64,000 nt of DNA from Bugula neritina. Its lineage: Eukaryota > Animalia > Bryozoa. The position numbers were made by a program, and so were the translations under genes. Shown here one piece after another: positions 40,007 through 54,621 of this stretch (position 1 is the stretch's first letter; every line of letters begins with the position of its first letter). Below the pieces are notes generated by a model. That model saw nothing but the letters and a program-made list of their open reading frames with translations, was not told the origin of the DNA and searched no databases. Location: contig CAXIUT010000042.1 of NCBI GenBank assembly GCA_964035545.1, positions 2,883 through 66,882 on the forward strand, read 5' to 3'.

Positions 40007-41367
40007 ATGGCGCATATCCAATAGTTCTTTAAAGGGTACTTACCAACTTACTACTTGAGTGTCCTGAATCTTCGGAAAGGAGAATCTAGTTTCTTGTAAA
40101 GTCAGACAAGCAATAACATATACTAATTGACCGCTGATCTTCTTCTATCCTCACAAAGTTGTATTTAACAATAAACAACTACAATAGCTGTTAATTATCT
40201 TACTAAACACTGGTGGATGAGTTATGAAGATATAAAAAATGTAAATCTTCAGATCAATGATACAGATAATTAGCTTATTCAATGGTTTAAAAAATAGCTC
40301 AAATACGTAAGATTTTTTTGATTTAGGTTTAAGTTCAGTTATTACAAGTGCTAATCAGAATTTTGATGTGTTACTAAGAATCAACCAAAACTAAATATAT
40401 AAATACCTCTCTTAAAACTCATATCTAGGAAATTTGTTCTATATATCCAGCTATGAAAATGGAAATCAGTCTTTTTCAGAATAATATAGATCTATCTTCT
40501 TGGTTTGATATATTACTTCATAAAATTTGTTCTAAAAATACTATAAATTCTCTTTTCAAATAAGTTTTATCAGCTATTTCGGATTCTTGCTAATTTATAG
40601 GACCTATCTAAGCTGTTTTTAATAAATATATTTAAAAGACTAACTAGATTCATTAAATTAATCATTCTAAACCTAATTTAGTAAAAGAAAGTTCAAAGAG
40701 TATCTATACTCCTTGTCAAATTATTGGATAAAAAGTTAATATTGAAAGCAAAGGATCTAATAAATGTTTAAAATAAAATAATTTTGATGATATGATGTTG
40801 TTTAGGAAAAAGAAAAAGTTAATTATGAAGGATAAAAATAAAATAAATGAAAGTTAAATATCTTGTAAAACTCCAATAAGAGAACAGTAAATTTCTTCTT
40901 TTTCTGACTGGACTGATAGGACACATTCAATCAAAATGAAATCTGAAACAAATGAACAAAAAGCATCAAGTTTACTATTGAAAAGAATGCAAAAAAATGC
41001 AAAAAATTGTTCAAGAACTTTATACTATGGCTAAAAAAAACAATTTATTTCTAAAAAATCCAATTATGAAGATTCATAGTTAATTATTTAAAATATGAAT
41101 GCTTCCTTGTTTAAAGAATAATATTCTACTAAATCTTCTTTAAAATAAACTTCAACATGTTATTAAACTAAATCTTTTGGGAAAAGTTCAACTGTATCTT
41201 TTGAAGGAATACCTTAAATAAACCGAAGATATTCAACTAATTTGAATAAAATTGAAAATGAAAGTAATTTTTATGTACCAGAAACTCCTAAACAATCAAA
41301 TAGATTTCAACTTCAGCAAAAGAACAGTATATTTGAAAAAGTGGATATTCCAAAGTTATAACTTTGA
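40007..41367 (+). CDS. Hypothetical protein
   Basis: Long frame with about one tiny intron; S/K/N-rich tail. Confidence 0.55.
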
Positions 41368-41433
41368 TTGTATATTTTGAATACGAAAATATTGAGATAT
41401 AATAGTTAAGATTGATTTTAAATTTAAATTTTA

Positions 41434-42553
41434 ATGAAAAAGAGTTATAAAAGTGTTAACGACTCTCTATTCGATGTTCAGTTTAAAATCCCGTTCTCAA
41501 ATGAAAGTATTGAGGAACATCTCTAAGAAAGTCAAGAGGAAATTAACTTTATTAAGCTTAAACTGACATAAGCTTATCAAAAACTTTAAACTTAAATCTA
41601 AAATAACAACAATCTTGAAGAAGAATATCAATAATTGAAGTCAATAAAAGGATAAATGGAGTAAAAATATCTTTATGAATCAAAATAAAATAAAAAACTG
41701 AAATAAACTCTTGAAGTTATTCTCAAAAATAGAAAGCTACTTCAATAGTAAATAATAGAAATAAAAGATCATCATTCAAAAAAATTAGCTGAAAAAGAAT
41801 AGTAGCTTCATAAGGTATTAAAAGATTTAAAAAATGCTAAGTTGTAATGTAAAAATTTAACTGAGTAACTAAAAGAAAAAGAAATATTGATGAGATAATA
41901 TTAAGATCGAGAAAGAGAAGAGAAAATATGTGGTGGAATAAATAAATAAAGATAGATATCTTTGATGAATAAAATGTAAATATATAAATATAAATAGTCA
42001 AATACTTGAACACGAAATAACTAAAATCACTGAAGAGAAATATATTTAAGTAAATCGGCTTAAACATGAACTCCAACTTTATCAGAATAATGTAAATAAT
42101 TATTCTCCTTCTATTGAACTATAAAAAAGTAAAAATAAAATGAGAAAACGTGATTTTCAAAAAAATGGATCAAAAGTTTAAAGATTTAGTTCAAATGCCT
42201 CAGAAGATACTTATTCAGAATATAATAAATAAAATATGAATATACTTCAAAGCAGTTCAATTAATAATAATCAACATGCATCTGAAGTTACAAATGATTC
42301 CTAAAGAGGGAAGATTTTTTCAAAAAAATAAGTTTAAAGTGATTAAGTATTTTTATCAAATGTTACAGATGATGAACAATTATCTCTTTATCAAGTTTCA
42401 AGGAAGAAAGCTGAAGCATAATTATCAGGTTTATAAAAATTAAAAAGACCTAAACCTGATGAAAGATAGCGAATGGCCAGACTATAAAGATAAATATATC
42501 ATTTAGATAGTGATATTGCAGGACTTAAAAGAAAAATTAGAAAAAGATACTGA
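41434..42553 (+). CDS. Hypothetical coiled-coil protein
   Basis: E/K-rich heptads; intron position not resolved. Confidence 0.5.
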
Positions 42554-42686
42554 TGAATTTTATACTGATAATCTTTTAAAATCAATTTTTTAATAGTTTG
42601 ATAAGATTATTCCTCATCTAAATTATTATTTGGATCTATTTCTTTTGAAAGAATATTTTGATTTCTTATTGACAACAAATATTATA

Positions 42687-44429
42687 ATGCCATAAGCAAC
42701 TTAGGAATAAATATTCGAAGCGATTCAAAGCTTCGATCAAGAAGAGGCAAAATAATTAATCCTTGAGTTTGCTGATCAATTTGATGAATTGTTTGATAGT
42801 TAGAAAGCAACTCTTCTTCACGTCGCTGCAAATTACAATAACTAGTAAATAATGAGTTATCTTCTTGAACTTTATGATAAAAATATGGAATCAATGCCTG
42901 ATACATTTTCTTTTTAACGTAAAAAGAAATGGTTAAATTTAAAAGATAGTGAAGGTTTTAGTTGTATACATTATGCAGTATTCAGAGGAAATGCTAATCT
43001 TGCCTTCATGCTTGAAGAACATGGTATTGATATTTATGCAATCAATAGACAAGGATTAACCGTACTTCATATAGCAGCTCAAGGAGATTCTCCAGTACTA
43101 ATGGTACTTGTAATTTAAAGTAGTACTATTACCTCAATAAGGGAATGAAAATAAGTACTTAAGATTCTAAAGGAAGTACTGCATTACATTGGGCTTGCTA
43201 TTCTGGTCAGGAAAATTCTGCATACGCCTTGATTTCCTGGGGAGCATAAATCGATAAACAAGATTTTACTTTTGGAATGACTCCTCTTCATCTTGCAGTA
43301 ATGAGTGGAAATGGTCGGATAGTTAAAAAACTTCTTGTAAAAGGTTGTGATCGCAATATTCCAAACTACAGTAACAAACTTCCCTTGGATTTGGCTATCT
43401 AGAATGAATATAAGAATATAACCTAAATGATCATCGATAAAAAAGGAATCGAAGAATTTTTTAATGTTAAAACACCTTATAGGCTAATTGGTAAAGTAAC
43501 ATTCCCTTTCTATTTTCTTATTGTAATGTTCTTAACTAACTATATTCTAAACGTTTCTTTTGTTATTTTTGAGCATTTTCCTCAACATGGAGACCTTGCA
43601 TTTTCTTATTTAGTCATGGGAGTAATAGTTATAGCTCTTTTTATCACTGTCTCTGCTAAGAAGCCAGGATATATTTGCGTCGAAGCTGAGCAAAATGACT
43701 TCGAAGTTCTAAGAAGAAATCACCCTTCGAAAATTTGTTTTTAATGCATGGTATTTTTTTCATAACAAAGCTTTTAAAACCAGAACGATCTCGTCACTGT
43801 TAAATATGTCATCGTTGTGTAAGTGTATATGATCATCATTGTCCATGGATAGCTAACTGTGTTGGAGCTAGAAATTATATTTGGTTTTATCTTTTCCTTT
43901 TAAGTATGGTCGTTATAATGATATTTACTATTGTCTTTGAAATCATCAGTAAGTTTTTACTAACTAGGATATCGCAGAAAAAGATTGGAGCAATATTGGG
44001 GCACTTGAAATAATTCGTATTATTAGTGTTATTTTTGGACTTATCTGTAGTCTCTTCTTTATTTTTCCTTTATCGTACACTTTTCTTTACTTAGTTATCT
44101 TTTTTATGTTCAATCAGTCAATTGTTTGACGAATCAGACAACTTTTGAGCGTTTTGGTTTTCATCATAAATCAAATGTAGCTAGTAAAACGAATACTTCA
44201 AAAACTTCAGTAAATATAGATATTAATATAGAGTTTAAGATAAAGTTTAATAATGAAAAAATCAAATATGAATAGTTCAAATTTAAATAGTTCTATTGAT
44301 AGTAAGGATAAAAAAGAGAAATTAAAACGTTTATAAGCTGAAACTTCAGTTGATCCCTTGACTAATTGCTATAAAATGTGTTTCTAAAATTCAAAAAATA
44401 TTACTTACCATATAGGAAAATGTTCTTGA
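42687..44429 (+). CDS. Ankyrin-repeat DHHC palmitoyltransferase (Akr1/ZDHHC13/17-like)
   Basis: Ankyrins ([29 protein letters not shown]), [27 protein letters not shown]. Confidence 0.92.
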
Positions 44430-44628
44430 TATTTATCAAACTATTTGGTTTTAAAGCTCACTTATATTTAAACGAAAATCATAAATATTCATAATCATTA
44501 AATCCTTTGTCAGAAAATTGATTAAATTTTGCTAAGATAGACTAATATAAATCAGAGCTTTTAATTAAGCTCTATATTATAATTTATGGGATAGTATTTA
44601 GAATTTATATTATTAGGAACTAGCAAGA

Positions 44629-45444
44629 ATGCAAAACGTAAAGAACTAAGTCTTAGGAGTTACCATCTAAAAACTTCAAAAAGGTGGATGGAAGAACAAA
44701 ATGCTTGAACTTGGGCACCTTTCCCAATCTATAAAACTTCAAGAAATCCCAGTTGCCCCTCAACTGCTTTAGAACATTTGGCTAAATTTACTTAAGGAAA
44801 ATAACTTAAACGTAGTTCAAAAGACAGTATAAACACTCAAACAATGGGTTGAAGCCTATGGCATCAAAAGCATTCGGATAAGAAAAGAATTAGTGAAAAC
44901 TCTAATTGACTTGGCAAAAATGAGGCGCCTTTAAATTGACTAAAGAGTTGTTTCAATCGTTAAAGCTTTGTTTTTATGTGAAAAAAAAGAAAATTAATCA
45001 AAAGAAAGGTAGCCTCTATCCCTTATTGACCACTAAAGTTTTAACAGTTCTAACCATCCAACATTTTTGGCTTGTGTAGATGATGAAGATGAAAATACTG
45101 AGGATGAGGAACAAGGCGAAAGCTTCAAAGAGACATAAGGTCTAGTGGACAATCTTCCAAACAGCATTATTCTAGGAGCTCTTGTTGAATGCATCAAAAG
45201 TTGCAATAGTCGTTCATTCTCTTTATGTCTCAAAATTTTGATAAGTCTTGGCAAGAGTAAACTTCTACAAAAATCCCAATTTTTTGAAATTCTGAACGAA
45301 GTAAATGAGATCAACACCATAATTCAGAACAAGAGGGCCAATTCATCTCCTGTTATAGAAAGAAAAGACAAATAAATTGTGGAATAAACTTCTTTATTGG
45401 TATCTTAACTTAGATAGTTGAGTTAATCAGGAAAGAATTAATGA
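44629..45444 (+). CDS. HEAT/TOG-like helical protein
   Basis: 271-aa frame; GGWKNKMLEL, LLKENNLNVVQKTVE. Confidence 0.5.
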
Positions 45445-45528
45445 AAAGTGATAGTTTTTTGACTTAATAATGATGAAGCTAATAAATAGATTAAATAATA
45501 AGTGCACAATTTAAAGAATTGAGTTATA

Positions 45529-45615
45529 GGGGTTGGGGTTGGGGTTGGGGTTGGGGTTGGGGTTGGGGTTGGGGTTGGGGTTGGGGTTGGGGTTGGGGTT
45601 GGGGTTGGGGTTGGG
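45529..45615 (+). repeat. Telomeric repeat tract (GGGGTT)14GGG
   Basis: Perfect G4T2 array, 87 nt. Confidence 0.97.
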
Positions 45616-45630
45616 AAAAAAAAATACTAC

Positions 45631-47004
45631 ATGCGACAATCACAATAGCTTAAATAAGGAGATCCACTTTCCACTGATAAAACTGTCAGACATGGTTTTT
45701 TGTATCGGATGCGATAGAATATTCGAGAACTCAATAGATCAATGCATAGTATTGAAAAGATGATTGGATAATCTAGAAAAATAATTCATGATTCTAGATA
45801 GAATAGTCGCAGTAAGATAATAAATCTTTAAAAATCAAGTTAAAGTCCTTATTGTAAACTAGGAAAATAACATTCTCCATAACCTTCTTCAATGATGTCA
45901 ACTACAAAAATGAGATCAAATACACAAAAACTGAATTTCATGTATTAAACTCAACCTGTCACATTGATACATTAAGAATAAAATAATATTGAAAGGAATT
46001 TATTTGAACATCATAATCATCAAGAAAAACATGCATTGAAAAAAGATTCAAAACATTATTATGAAAATTTAATCAAATTTTAACCTTCTAACGTAAGAAA
46101 ATAAATATAATTACAATGTAGTGGTATTAAAAAGAATGATATAACTGAAAGTTAATTTAGTTTTTAAGGTAAATAAAAAGATCTTTCGATTTAAAAAACA
46201 CCTCAAAAACCATAAAAAATAAGCACTCTTAATCGATCTTAGACTTAACCATTTAAGACAAAAATTAAAAACAATAATGCTGTTTATCAATTTACTCCTC
46301 AAAAGACTGCTAACAAATAAAAAATAAAGAAACCTAGTTTATTGAATAGTAAAAGTAATAAAAATAAGATAAAACCTCAGTCATCACAAAAAAACTATAC
46401 TGCTTATTCACCTTTATAAAATAAGAAAGAAACGACAATTAACAAGAAACAAAAGAAAAACGATAATATTAGAATTTAAGATGATAGTTATTAATTATAG
46501 GATTAATAAATCAGTTAAAATATTGATTTAAAACAAGTTCATTGGAGTAAATAAAAATAACGTTTCAAAACATAGTACTAAAGATAAGATAAAGAATAAT
46601 ATTATGAGTACAAAAAAGGATATGAGTCACCTTCGCCTCAGATAAAGAAAATAAATAGTAAAAATAAAGTATATTTGAATCATTTTGATAAAAAGAATTA
46701 GGAATTAGGAAATAGTCGTAAATAAAAGTTAAAAAAAACATTTGAACATGATAATTTTTTAATTAAGACAAATGATGGAAAAAGGAGAAGATAATAGTAT
46801 AGTGATGAAGGTTTAACATATGAAGAATAAAGACGTGCTAAGTTTTTAATGAAAGTTAAAAAATATGGATTTGTTTAAAAGTATTTAAGTGATGTTTAAA
46901 TTTGGGATATCTATAATGAGTTAGTTGGAACTAAAATACCTTAAATGAAATGGCCTATCTGTATAGTTGATGAGGTTTACAAAAAGTTGAAAAGCCTTAA
47001 ATGA
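45631..47004 (+). CDS. Hypothetical low-complexity protein, probably 5'-truncated
   Basis: Frame is open back into the telomere tract; ATG only 15 nt from tract. Confidence 0.55.
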
Positions 47005-47111
47005 TTGATTATGATGATTATTTATTATTAATCTATTTAAAAATATATTATATTATTTTATTATTCTGTTTATTTTTTGATAAGTCAGAAATTATTGATT
47101 ATTAAAATAAA

Positions 47112-47978
47112 ATGTCAAGTTACTTTCCTCTTACAATGATTCGATGGAAGACCCAAAAAAGATTAAATCAATAGACAATACCAACCAATAACAATAAAGA
47201 GTCATCTCGTCATCACTGTTCTGTTGCTATTCATTCTCTTGGTATTGAGAAGAAAGGAAACAAATATGAATTCACAGGTAAAAGTAAAAATAAAAATGAG
47301 AATAGTGGTAGTACAAAATCTCATATGAATACTTCTAGATCATCATGTATGCAAGATCATTTCAAAAAATAACATAAAAAGATTGAAAGAAAGACTGTTT
47401 GTGCTCGAACACAAAGTGCATATCATTCAAGAAAATCACTTAAATCTACATAAAATATTTGTCCTTTGAAGATATAAATATATCCTTCAGCTTATAATAA
47501 AATGAAAGCTCATTATAAAAAAAAGATGCATACACTTGATCGAATGAAAAAGACAGGACTTTCTAACATCCTTTTAATCAGAAGTCAAAGAAAAATTTAA
47601 CCTTAAAATAAATGTGTTGTTGAAGAATAAAACAACTACAACAGATATTAGAATGACTAAAACTAATTTAGTCCTATTAGATCAAGAAGAAATTTATCTT
47701 AATAGAAATACGTGAAAACATATAAAAATCAAACTGACTAATCTAATTAAAAATAAGAATCTTGTCAAATTCAAAAGATAAAATAATCTTTTTTCTTTTC
47801 TATTCGATAAAGTCAACTTCATACTCATCCAGATAAAGAATAAAAAGTGTATAATTCATTGATATCTGGTAGAAAGAAGAAAGTTTAAAGTCAAAGAAAC
47901 AAAATAGATAAAAAACTACAAAGAATTAGAACTCAACAGTTACCAATTACTCCTTGGGATGTACCTAAAGATTAATGA
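47112..47978 (+). CDS. Hypothetical basic low-complexity protein
   Basis: Single frame ending LPITPWDVPKDE. Confidence 0.55.
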
Positions 47979-48087
47979 TTTATTTTATATTGAAATTCTA
48001 ACAGAATTTTTAAAATTAATAATTAAAATTATCAATAACTTAAATTATAAATCATAAATATATTCTTTTACTATTGAGAAATAAGTG

Positions 48088-48987
48088 ATGGAAATTTAGT
48101 AAACTTCTTGCTTTGTTTACTAGATAGATAATAATCAGGTAATTCTGACTTTAAGATAAAATACTTTAAGAATAAGAATTGAGCCTTTAATTCAGCCTAT
48201 TTCACATATTTTGATCAAATAGATTGATTATAATTTCTTTCCAGATAATCTTAGACATAGTCCTCTTAATTCTACTTTTAAAATTAATTATTTTCTTAAA
48301 GAAAATAGCTCTAAAACTAAAGTTTAAGGAACAAATTTCATAATTTATCTTTAAGAAGATATCCCAATTATCATTTAAATGGACAAATTTATTCCTAGTA
48401 ATTATCTTAAAGATAACTAATAAAGAGAAAGAAGTGATTTTTTATAGGAAAAGCGATAGTTTAGTCATTATAAAAAACTATATTTTTGGGATAAATCTAC
48501 TAAAAATGCAATAAAATATATCATGGAAGGATACAGATTGATTAAAAAAGAAGATGGATGGCAACAAATAACAAATTTATTTCCTATTTAAAGAAAAAAA
48601 AAACATTAATTTTGTTTTAAAATATTAAAATTTGGAGGACCATTGAGTATAGGTTTCGGAATAATTCAAAAATCAAGAAAAAATGAGTATTATAGTGGCG
48701 ATTTAGATCAGAAAGGATCAGTAGGAATATGGTCTAAGAAAAAACTGAAATCTTCTTGTATTTGTAATGATGGAATAAAAGTGCATGAATGGGATAAGGA
48801 ACTATATTATTATGAAGGTGATGAGGTAAAGATGTAGGTTGATTTTATGAATTTAAAAATAGGATGGTCAAATGGTCGTAAAAATATAAAAACTAAAATA
48901 AATGAACATTTTTTAAAAGATGAGGTTTTTGTTTATTGTGTGATGCATGATAAAGCAAGTTAAATTTAGTTTCTTTATGAAAAATGA
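48088..48987 (+). CDS. SPRY/B30.2-like domain protein
   Basis: Intronless 299 aa; FCFKILK, LSIGFGII, YEGDEVKMEVDFMNLKIGW, VYCVM. Confidence 0.6.
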
Positions 48988-49070
48988 TTTATTATCAAAT
49001 GTATTTATTATTCAATATCTAATCATATAATAGATGAATGAAATTAATTTTAGGTTTGAATCATTTGATT

Positions 49071-52000
49071 TCAAGATGGAACATTTTATCTTTTTTGAAC
49101 GATTTAATTGATTTATCTATATAATTTTAAATAGTTTTTATACTGAAGTGTTTTGCTTAATATCTTATGATTCTAATGACCTTCAGTATCTTATTCATCT
49201 TGGGAATCGCTAACTATTTTCACTAGTTTTTCAATTGTTTGTGGAATATTTTAACTAAATTGATCAGAAATTAAAAAATATAATCTATCATACTCAGTTG
49301 ATAGTTACTATTCTTGACATTTTAGTTTTTATATTTACTTTATTAATAATTTTTTATTATTTTATAATGATTTATATTATTATTGAAGAAGTTGTATTTA
49401 CTTTTAGTTTTATTATTTGATAGAATATAATTATTGAACCATTTTATATTTATTATTTTATAATATTTTAGCTTTTAGAGGTATATTTTTTTATCTTAAT
49501 CTTGATATTTCTTATTTTTTGTAAATTTAGTTTTTTTAATTTAATTTTTATATTTAGCTATTTTTTTAATTTTTAGCTTTTTAGAGAAGATATATTTAAC
49601 TTTTACAAATACTATTATGAAATTTTAATGTTTGATTTTTAAATAATTTATCAAATATTTACTGTTTTACTATTGCGATATGATCTCTAACTATCTGAAT
49701 TGAATTTTTATGATATTATTTACTAGGAATCAAATAGCTAATTATCAAAGATGGTAATTATTTTTGGAGATTAGTTTTATTAAAATTTTATATAATTGAA
49801 ATTTATATATATTTTCTATTTCTTGCTAATTTTAAACCTTGTAATTAAATATTTTTACTTTGAATTAATATAGTTTATTATCCTTAATTTAAACCTATTT
49901 TTTATATCAAATTTTTAGGATCAAATTATTTAGAACATTATATTCTATGAGTTATTTTTCTTTAAATATTTTGAGTAGAACACATATATATACTTTAATG
50001 ACCAATAACGAATTGTGATACTTTATGAGATTTTTTTATTTTTTTATGATTATTAAAAACAACCTCTTGTGATCTACCCATAATCTTTTTATTATCAAGA
50101 TGATAAATAGCTCCAATCTAATATTATTTTATTATTATGTGATCTTTTTAATACCCATCTGATAACTAATCTATCATTTTAAAATAGGAATCAAGTTATT
50201 ATTTTTATTTTTATATTTATTTCTATTTTATTTGGATTTTTATATTGCATTATTTATCACATTGTATTTTTTATTATATTTTTTTTATCAGTTTTTATTA
50301 TTGGAATTTTAATTATTTTATTCTTTATGAATAATATGGAAGTTATATTTTAGATTAATCAACTTAATATATAAAATTCATCTATTATTAACTAAGTTTG
50401 TTATTCTTTATTCTTTATAGTTCGTTTTTAGCTATAGGTATCCATTTTTTTATTAATAATTTTATTTTCTTTTATAAATCTTCAGTTCTATTTTCATTTA
50501 TTTACTATTTCTAGTTTATTTTATGAATATTCGACTATTTTTATGATATTTATTAAGAAACTGTTTTTATTTTATTCGGGAGAGTGATAAGGTAGGGAGT
50601 GAATATTTGAGTAGTCCAAATTCTTGATAAAATTGATATGATTTCTGAAAAAGATTTTTGATTGTTTGATTTTTTCATTATTGGTTTATACTCTTCTTTT
50701 GGGATTTAATTTAAAGGATCTAATAATTTTTCAAGTATAAATTGTCTTTTTTATTAACTTTAATAATCAATATTGATAATTCTCTAACTTTAGCACATTT
50801 CAATTAAACAATTCATTATTTGCATCTTTTTCTAACATTATATTATTGAAAAAACATTGTCTAACTCACCTGATTCCATAGCTTGTTAGAGTTATTTCTT
50901 TATAGTCTAAAATAAAGTTGAAAGACTACTCATTGATAGATCAGAAGAAGATTTTGTTATTATAATATAAAAATGTTGAAAGACGTTGCCTTAAAAATTC
51001 AATAGATTTGGATATAATTTTTACATAGTTTAGAATAGTTCAATTAGACTATTACCTCTGCCATCTGTTATAGTACTCATAGACATAACAAGAACAATTG
51101 CTTTTAATTTATTGATTTATTCTATAGATCTATCCATGCTAAAATTGATACAAAGTTGATAAGTTTATCCTCTAGTATCTTTAAAACCTGGATAATCACA
51201 AAAAACAGTATTTTCGAATGATTTTTTATCAATATCAATAAAATCAAAGTTATTCTATTTTAAAGGATATCCTTTTGCATGTGTAGTTTATGATAGAATG
51301 AAAGAATGACCAATTTTAGCATAATTATTCTAGTTATTGATATTTTATTTATTTTTTACTTTGAAAACAGTTTGATTTAGATCTATTTTTAAGGATTAAA
51401 GTTTAAATCCGATCATATAATTGGTTACTGTACTTTTTCCAGATCCTGTCTAACCATATAAAGCAATACTTTATTTATTATTCATATTTGAAGCATTTAT
51501 TTATGCATTTTTTAATAATTATATCATTTTTAAATGAATAATTTATGATGATTTTACTAGCATGTTAAAATTAGATTTCTTAAGAATTTATTTTAAGATA
51601 AAATTAAATGTAAATTCATTATTACCTATTAAATTATTTAATCTTAGGATAGTATTTATTTATTATCTATATTATAAATGTAGAATATCATTTTATTTAA
51701 AATTTTAATGATGAATAAGTTTTTTCATAAGAAAATCGTAGTGTTTTTATTTTGAAATTTAGTTTATTAAGATATTGGTTTTAGTTTAAATTGTAGTTTT
51801 TATGTTTTTTATATAATTTGTATTATTTTTATCTAACTTCTTCAGATCAATCAACTACTTGACATTAACATTATCAGAATAATTAAATTTTATAGAAGTT
51901 TAGCTTTCTATTAAATAACTATTGATAAAATCTTCATAAAGAATAAAAGTATCTATTTATTTTGATTTATTGAAACATCTGACTTGATGTATTCTTGAAT

Positions 52001-53036
52001 GTTAAGATATTTATATTTATGCAGTGAAAATGTTCTAAGAATTGGAGCATTATTAAAAAATTATAATTAATTTTTAATTTTAGTTATCAATTTATCTTTT
52101 AATATAATATTTTCCTTCAGGAATTATTGCTTTGTTTCGATAATTTATATTTTAAGACAAATATCTTACTATTTTACATTCTTATTCATTATCTACTGAT
52201 TCTTCAAGTTATTTTCTTAACAAATCAACAACTATTTTAGATTTAACTTCGATACTACGAATAAAAGGATACTAATAATATATTGTAATAGTTTTTTATT
52301 ACTAGTTTTCTATAATAGTTAGCTATAAGTGATTTTATTTCTTTTTAGCTATAGTAATATTTCCTTCAATGAATTCTGTTTTTTATTAATTTTTTATTGA
52401 AATTCTATAACCTTATAACTAATGACATATTAACTATTCTTTTATTATTTTTTATACCAAATTTATTTTCTAATTTTACGGTCTAGTGTTGATTACTTTA
52501 GATACTAAGGATGTAAGACTTGATATTCTGATTCCTTGAAATGTTTTCTATCTTATTTGTATTTCTACTTCTTGTTTATTTATTATTTTTCTTGTACATA
52601 GATCTTTAATATATTGTTTAAAGCATTAGAGATTATCTTCTTTCATTTTTTTTATTAATTATTCACTGTTTTGTCTTTAAAGATATTTTATATTGTCATT
52701 TTGTAGTAATAGTTGTGCTGCTTACCAAAATATATTTGTATCTATTTTGATTTTTCCTATTTATTCCTTTATTTTTATTAACATTTTTTATGTGCTAGCA
52801 TTTTTTAAACTGATTAAAAGTTGTTAAATTGTATTGTTAAAATAGATAGGAAAGTTTTTATTGATTTTATACTCTTTATTTTCATTAAGTATCACCAATA
52901 GATATTCTAACAACTATTTTGCGAGATAAGGATTGGGTTCCTCTGTAATAATTTTACAAATTTAACAAACTAGCTGATCACATGTAGGATTATTAGTCGA
53001 CTAGAAGATGAGTTAGTTTCTAATTGAACTATCCAT
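49071..53036 (-). CDS. Giant intronless P-loop GTPase (TRAFAC; AIG1/MMR_HSR1-like domain) with long helical flanks, 1321 aa
   Basis: No in-frame TGA over 3966 nt (checked line by line); G1 GETGSGKST (about 51429-51455), IGHS..SET, G3 DYPGFKDTRG, IVLV, DGRG. Confidence 0.8.
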
Positions 53037-53191
53037 TAATAAATATGTTGATGATACAATAAATAATTAACAAAAATCTATCTTAGAATAAATTAAATCG
53101 AAAAATGTCAATAAGTATCATCTTGATTCAAATATCATTTCTTTTAGTTATCCTATAAGTTTTTACCAATAAATAAAAATATTATTATCAG

Positions 53192-53803
53192 ATGAATCAG
53201 AAGCGTTCAGTTCTTAGAGAATATCCCAATAGAAATCGATTGGCATTTCCTATATCTGGAGATTTTGGCTATTAAGAACCAGTAGGGCGTAAGAAATACT
53301 CTTTGAAACAATCACCCATCCATCAACTCATATTTAATCACGAGATAGAAACTAAATCTAATCAGTCACAGTTATATCACTATCCAAAGTAATTTAATCC
53401 AGAACTACTTCTTGAAAATAGCCGTCTCTATAAAAGAAATACAAAATCACCCATTACAGGATTACATACTTATCCTTATTAACCAGATTATTATAAAGCT
53501 TCTGAGCTACCTAATCACTCTCAAACGGCTCAAAATCCAGCAATCATGAAAGAATATTCTTAAAAAATATAAAAAAGCCAAGTTCTTAGTCCAACAACAT
53601 CAAAGAAATAAAAGAATAATGACTCAATGATAAACAGATCTTATTCACATTAAATTCGAGACCCAAAAAATGGTCAAGACTCATTGGATCGTTTGATTGG
53701 TCCATCGAATTCCTACGTGTATCATGAAAACAAGTAAAGATCTTTAAACAACATAATAAAGAATAAATTTAGAAATCCAACTTTTATCAATTCTCAAGTA
53801 TGA
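53192..53803 (+). CDS. Hypothetical low-complexity protein
   Basis: Single frame, S/P/N/Q-rich. Confidence 0.55.
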
Positions 53804-53893
53804 TTGATTTTATCATAATTATTTGTAAAATGTTATCATTCGAAGGCTTATTAAGAAATTTAATGTTTTTTAAACATTCTGCCACGAACTATC

Positions 53894-54450
53894 TCATTCT
53901 GCCTGGTGGACATCGTTGAAATTTAGAGTTACATGATTGACATTTTCACTTGAATTCAGGTCTACCTTCTTTATTTAGTCGTATATTTTTCTATTTGTTT
54001 TGGTCTTGCGTATTACTCGAATTAAACTGACAAGTTGCATCACATATCGACTCATTACAATTACTAATATCACAATATCATCTGTCTAGAGTATCTATCT
54101 GTAATCTTTCTTTTATTAAGAACCATAAAATATTAAAAATACTAATGTGGCTGCAAAAATGCATAGGACTCCTAAATCAAAGACATTGCTTTTGCTTTTG
54201 CAAAGACCTCCTTAAGAGATAAGTCTGACTACAAGTCTATGTTTATATATTTTTACAGGTCAAAAGCGAAGAGAAGAAAGAGGATAAGTTATAGAAGAAT
54301 GACAGATGGAGTTCTAAAATGATTGGATGATGTTAAGGCAAGAGGGATGATTATGATTGCAAGGATGAGTTGAGATATAAGGAAAGTCAAGTATGTTTTT
54401 TTGGTTCTAAATGCTGTAAGAGAGTATTTTATTTCTTCGTAATTTACCAT
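53894..54450 (-). CDS. Stand-alone four-TM voltage-sensor-like protein
   Basis: S2 E..FAFDLLVVR, S3 SNVFDL, S4 SRYVMQLVSLIRVIRK; one 20-nt intron; no pore. Confidence 0.65.
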
Positions 54451-54621
54451 TTTTATTTTATTATGTATTATAAGTCAAAATAAAACTTGCTTATCAATCT
54501 ATCAATTAAATATTGATTGTTTTTTATAAATTTAGATGAAAATAAAATTTATTTAAATAATTTAGTATTAATTCAAATATCTTCTGATATTAAATTTCTG
54601 ATAGTATTTGATTTAACCAGA

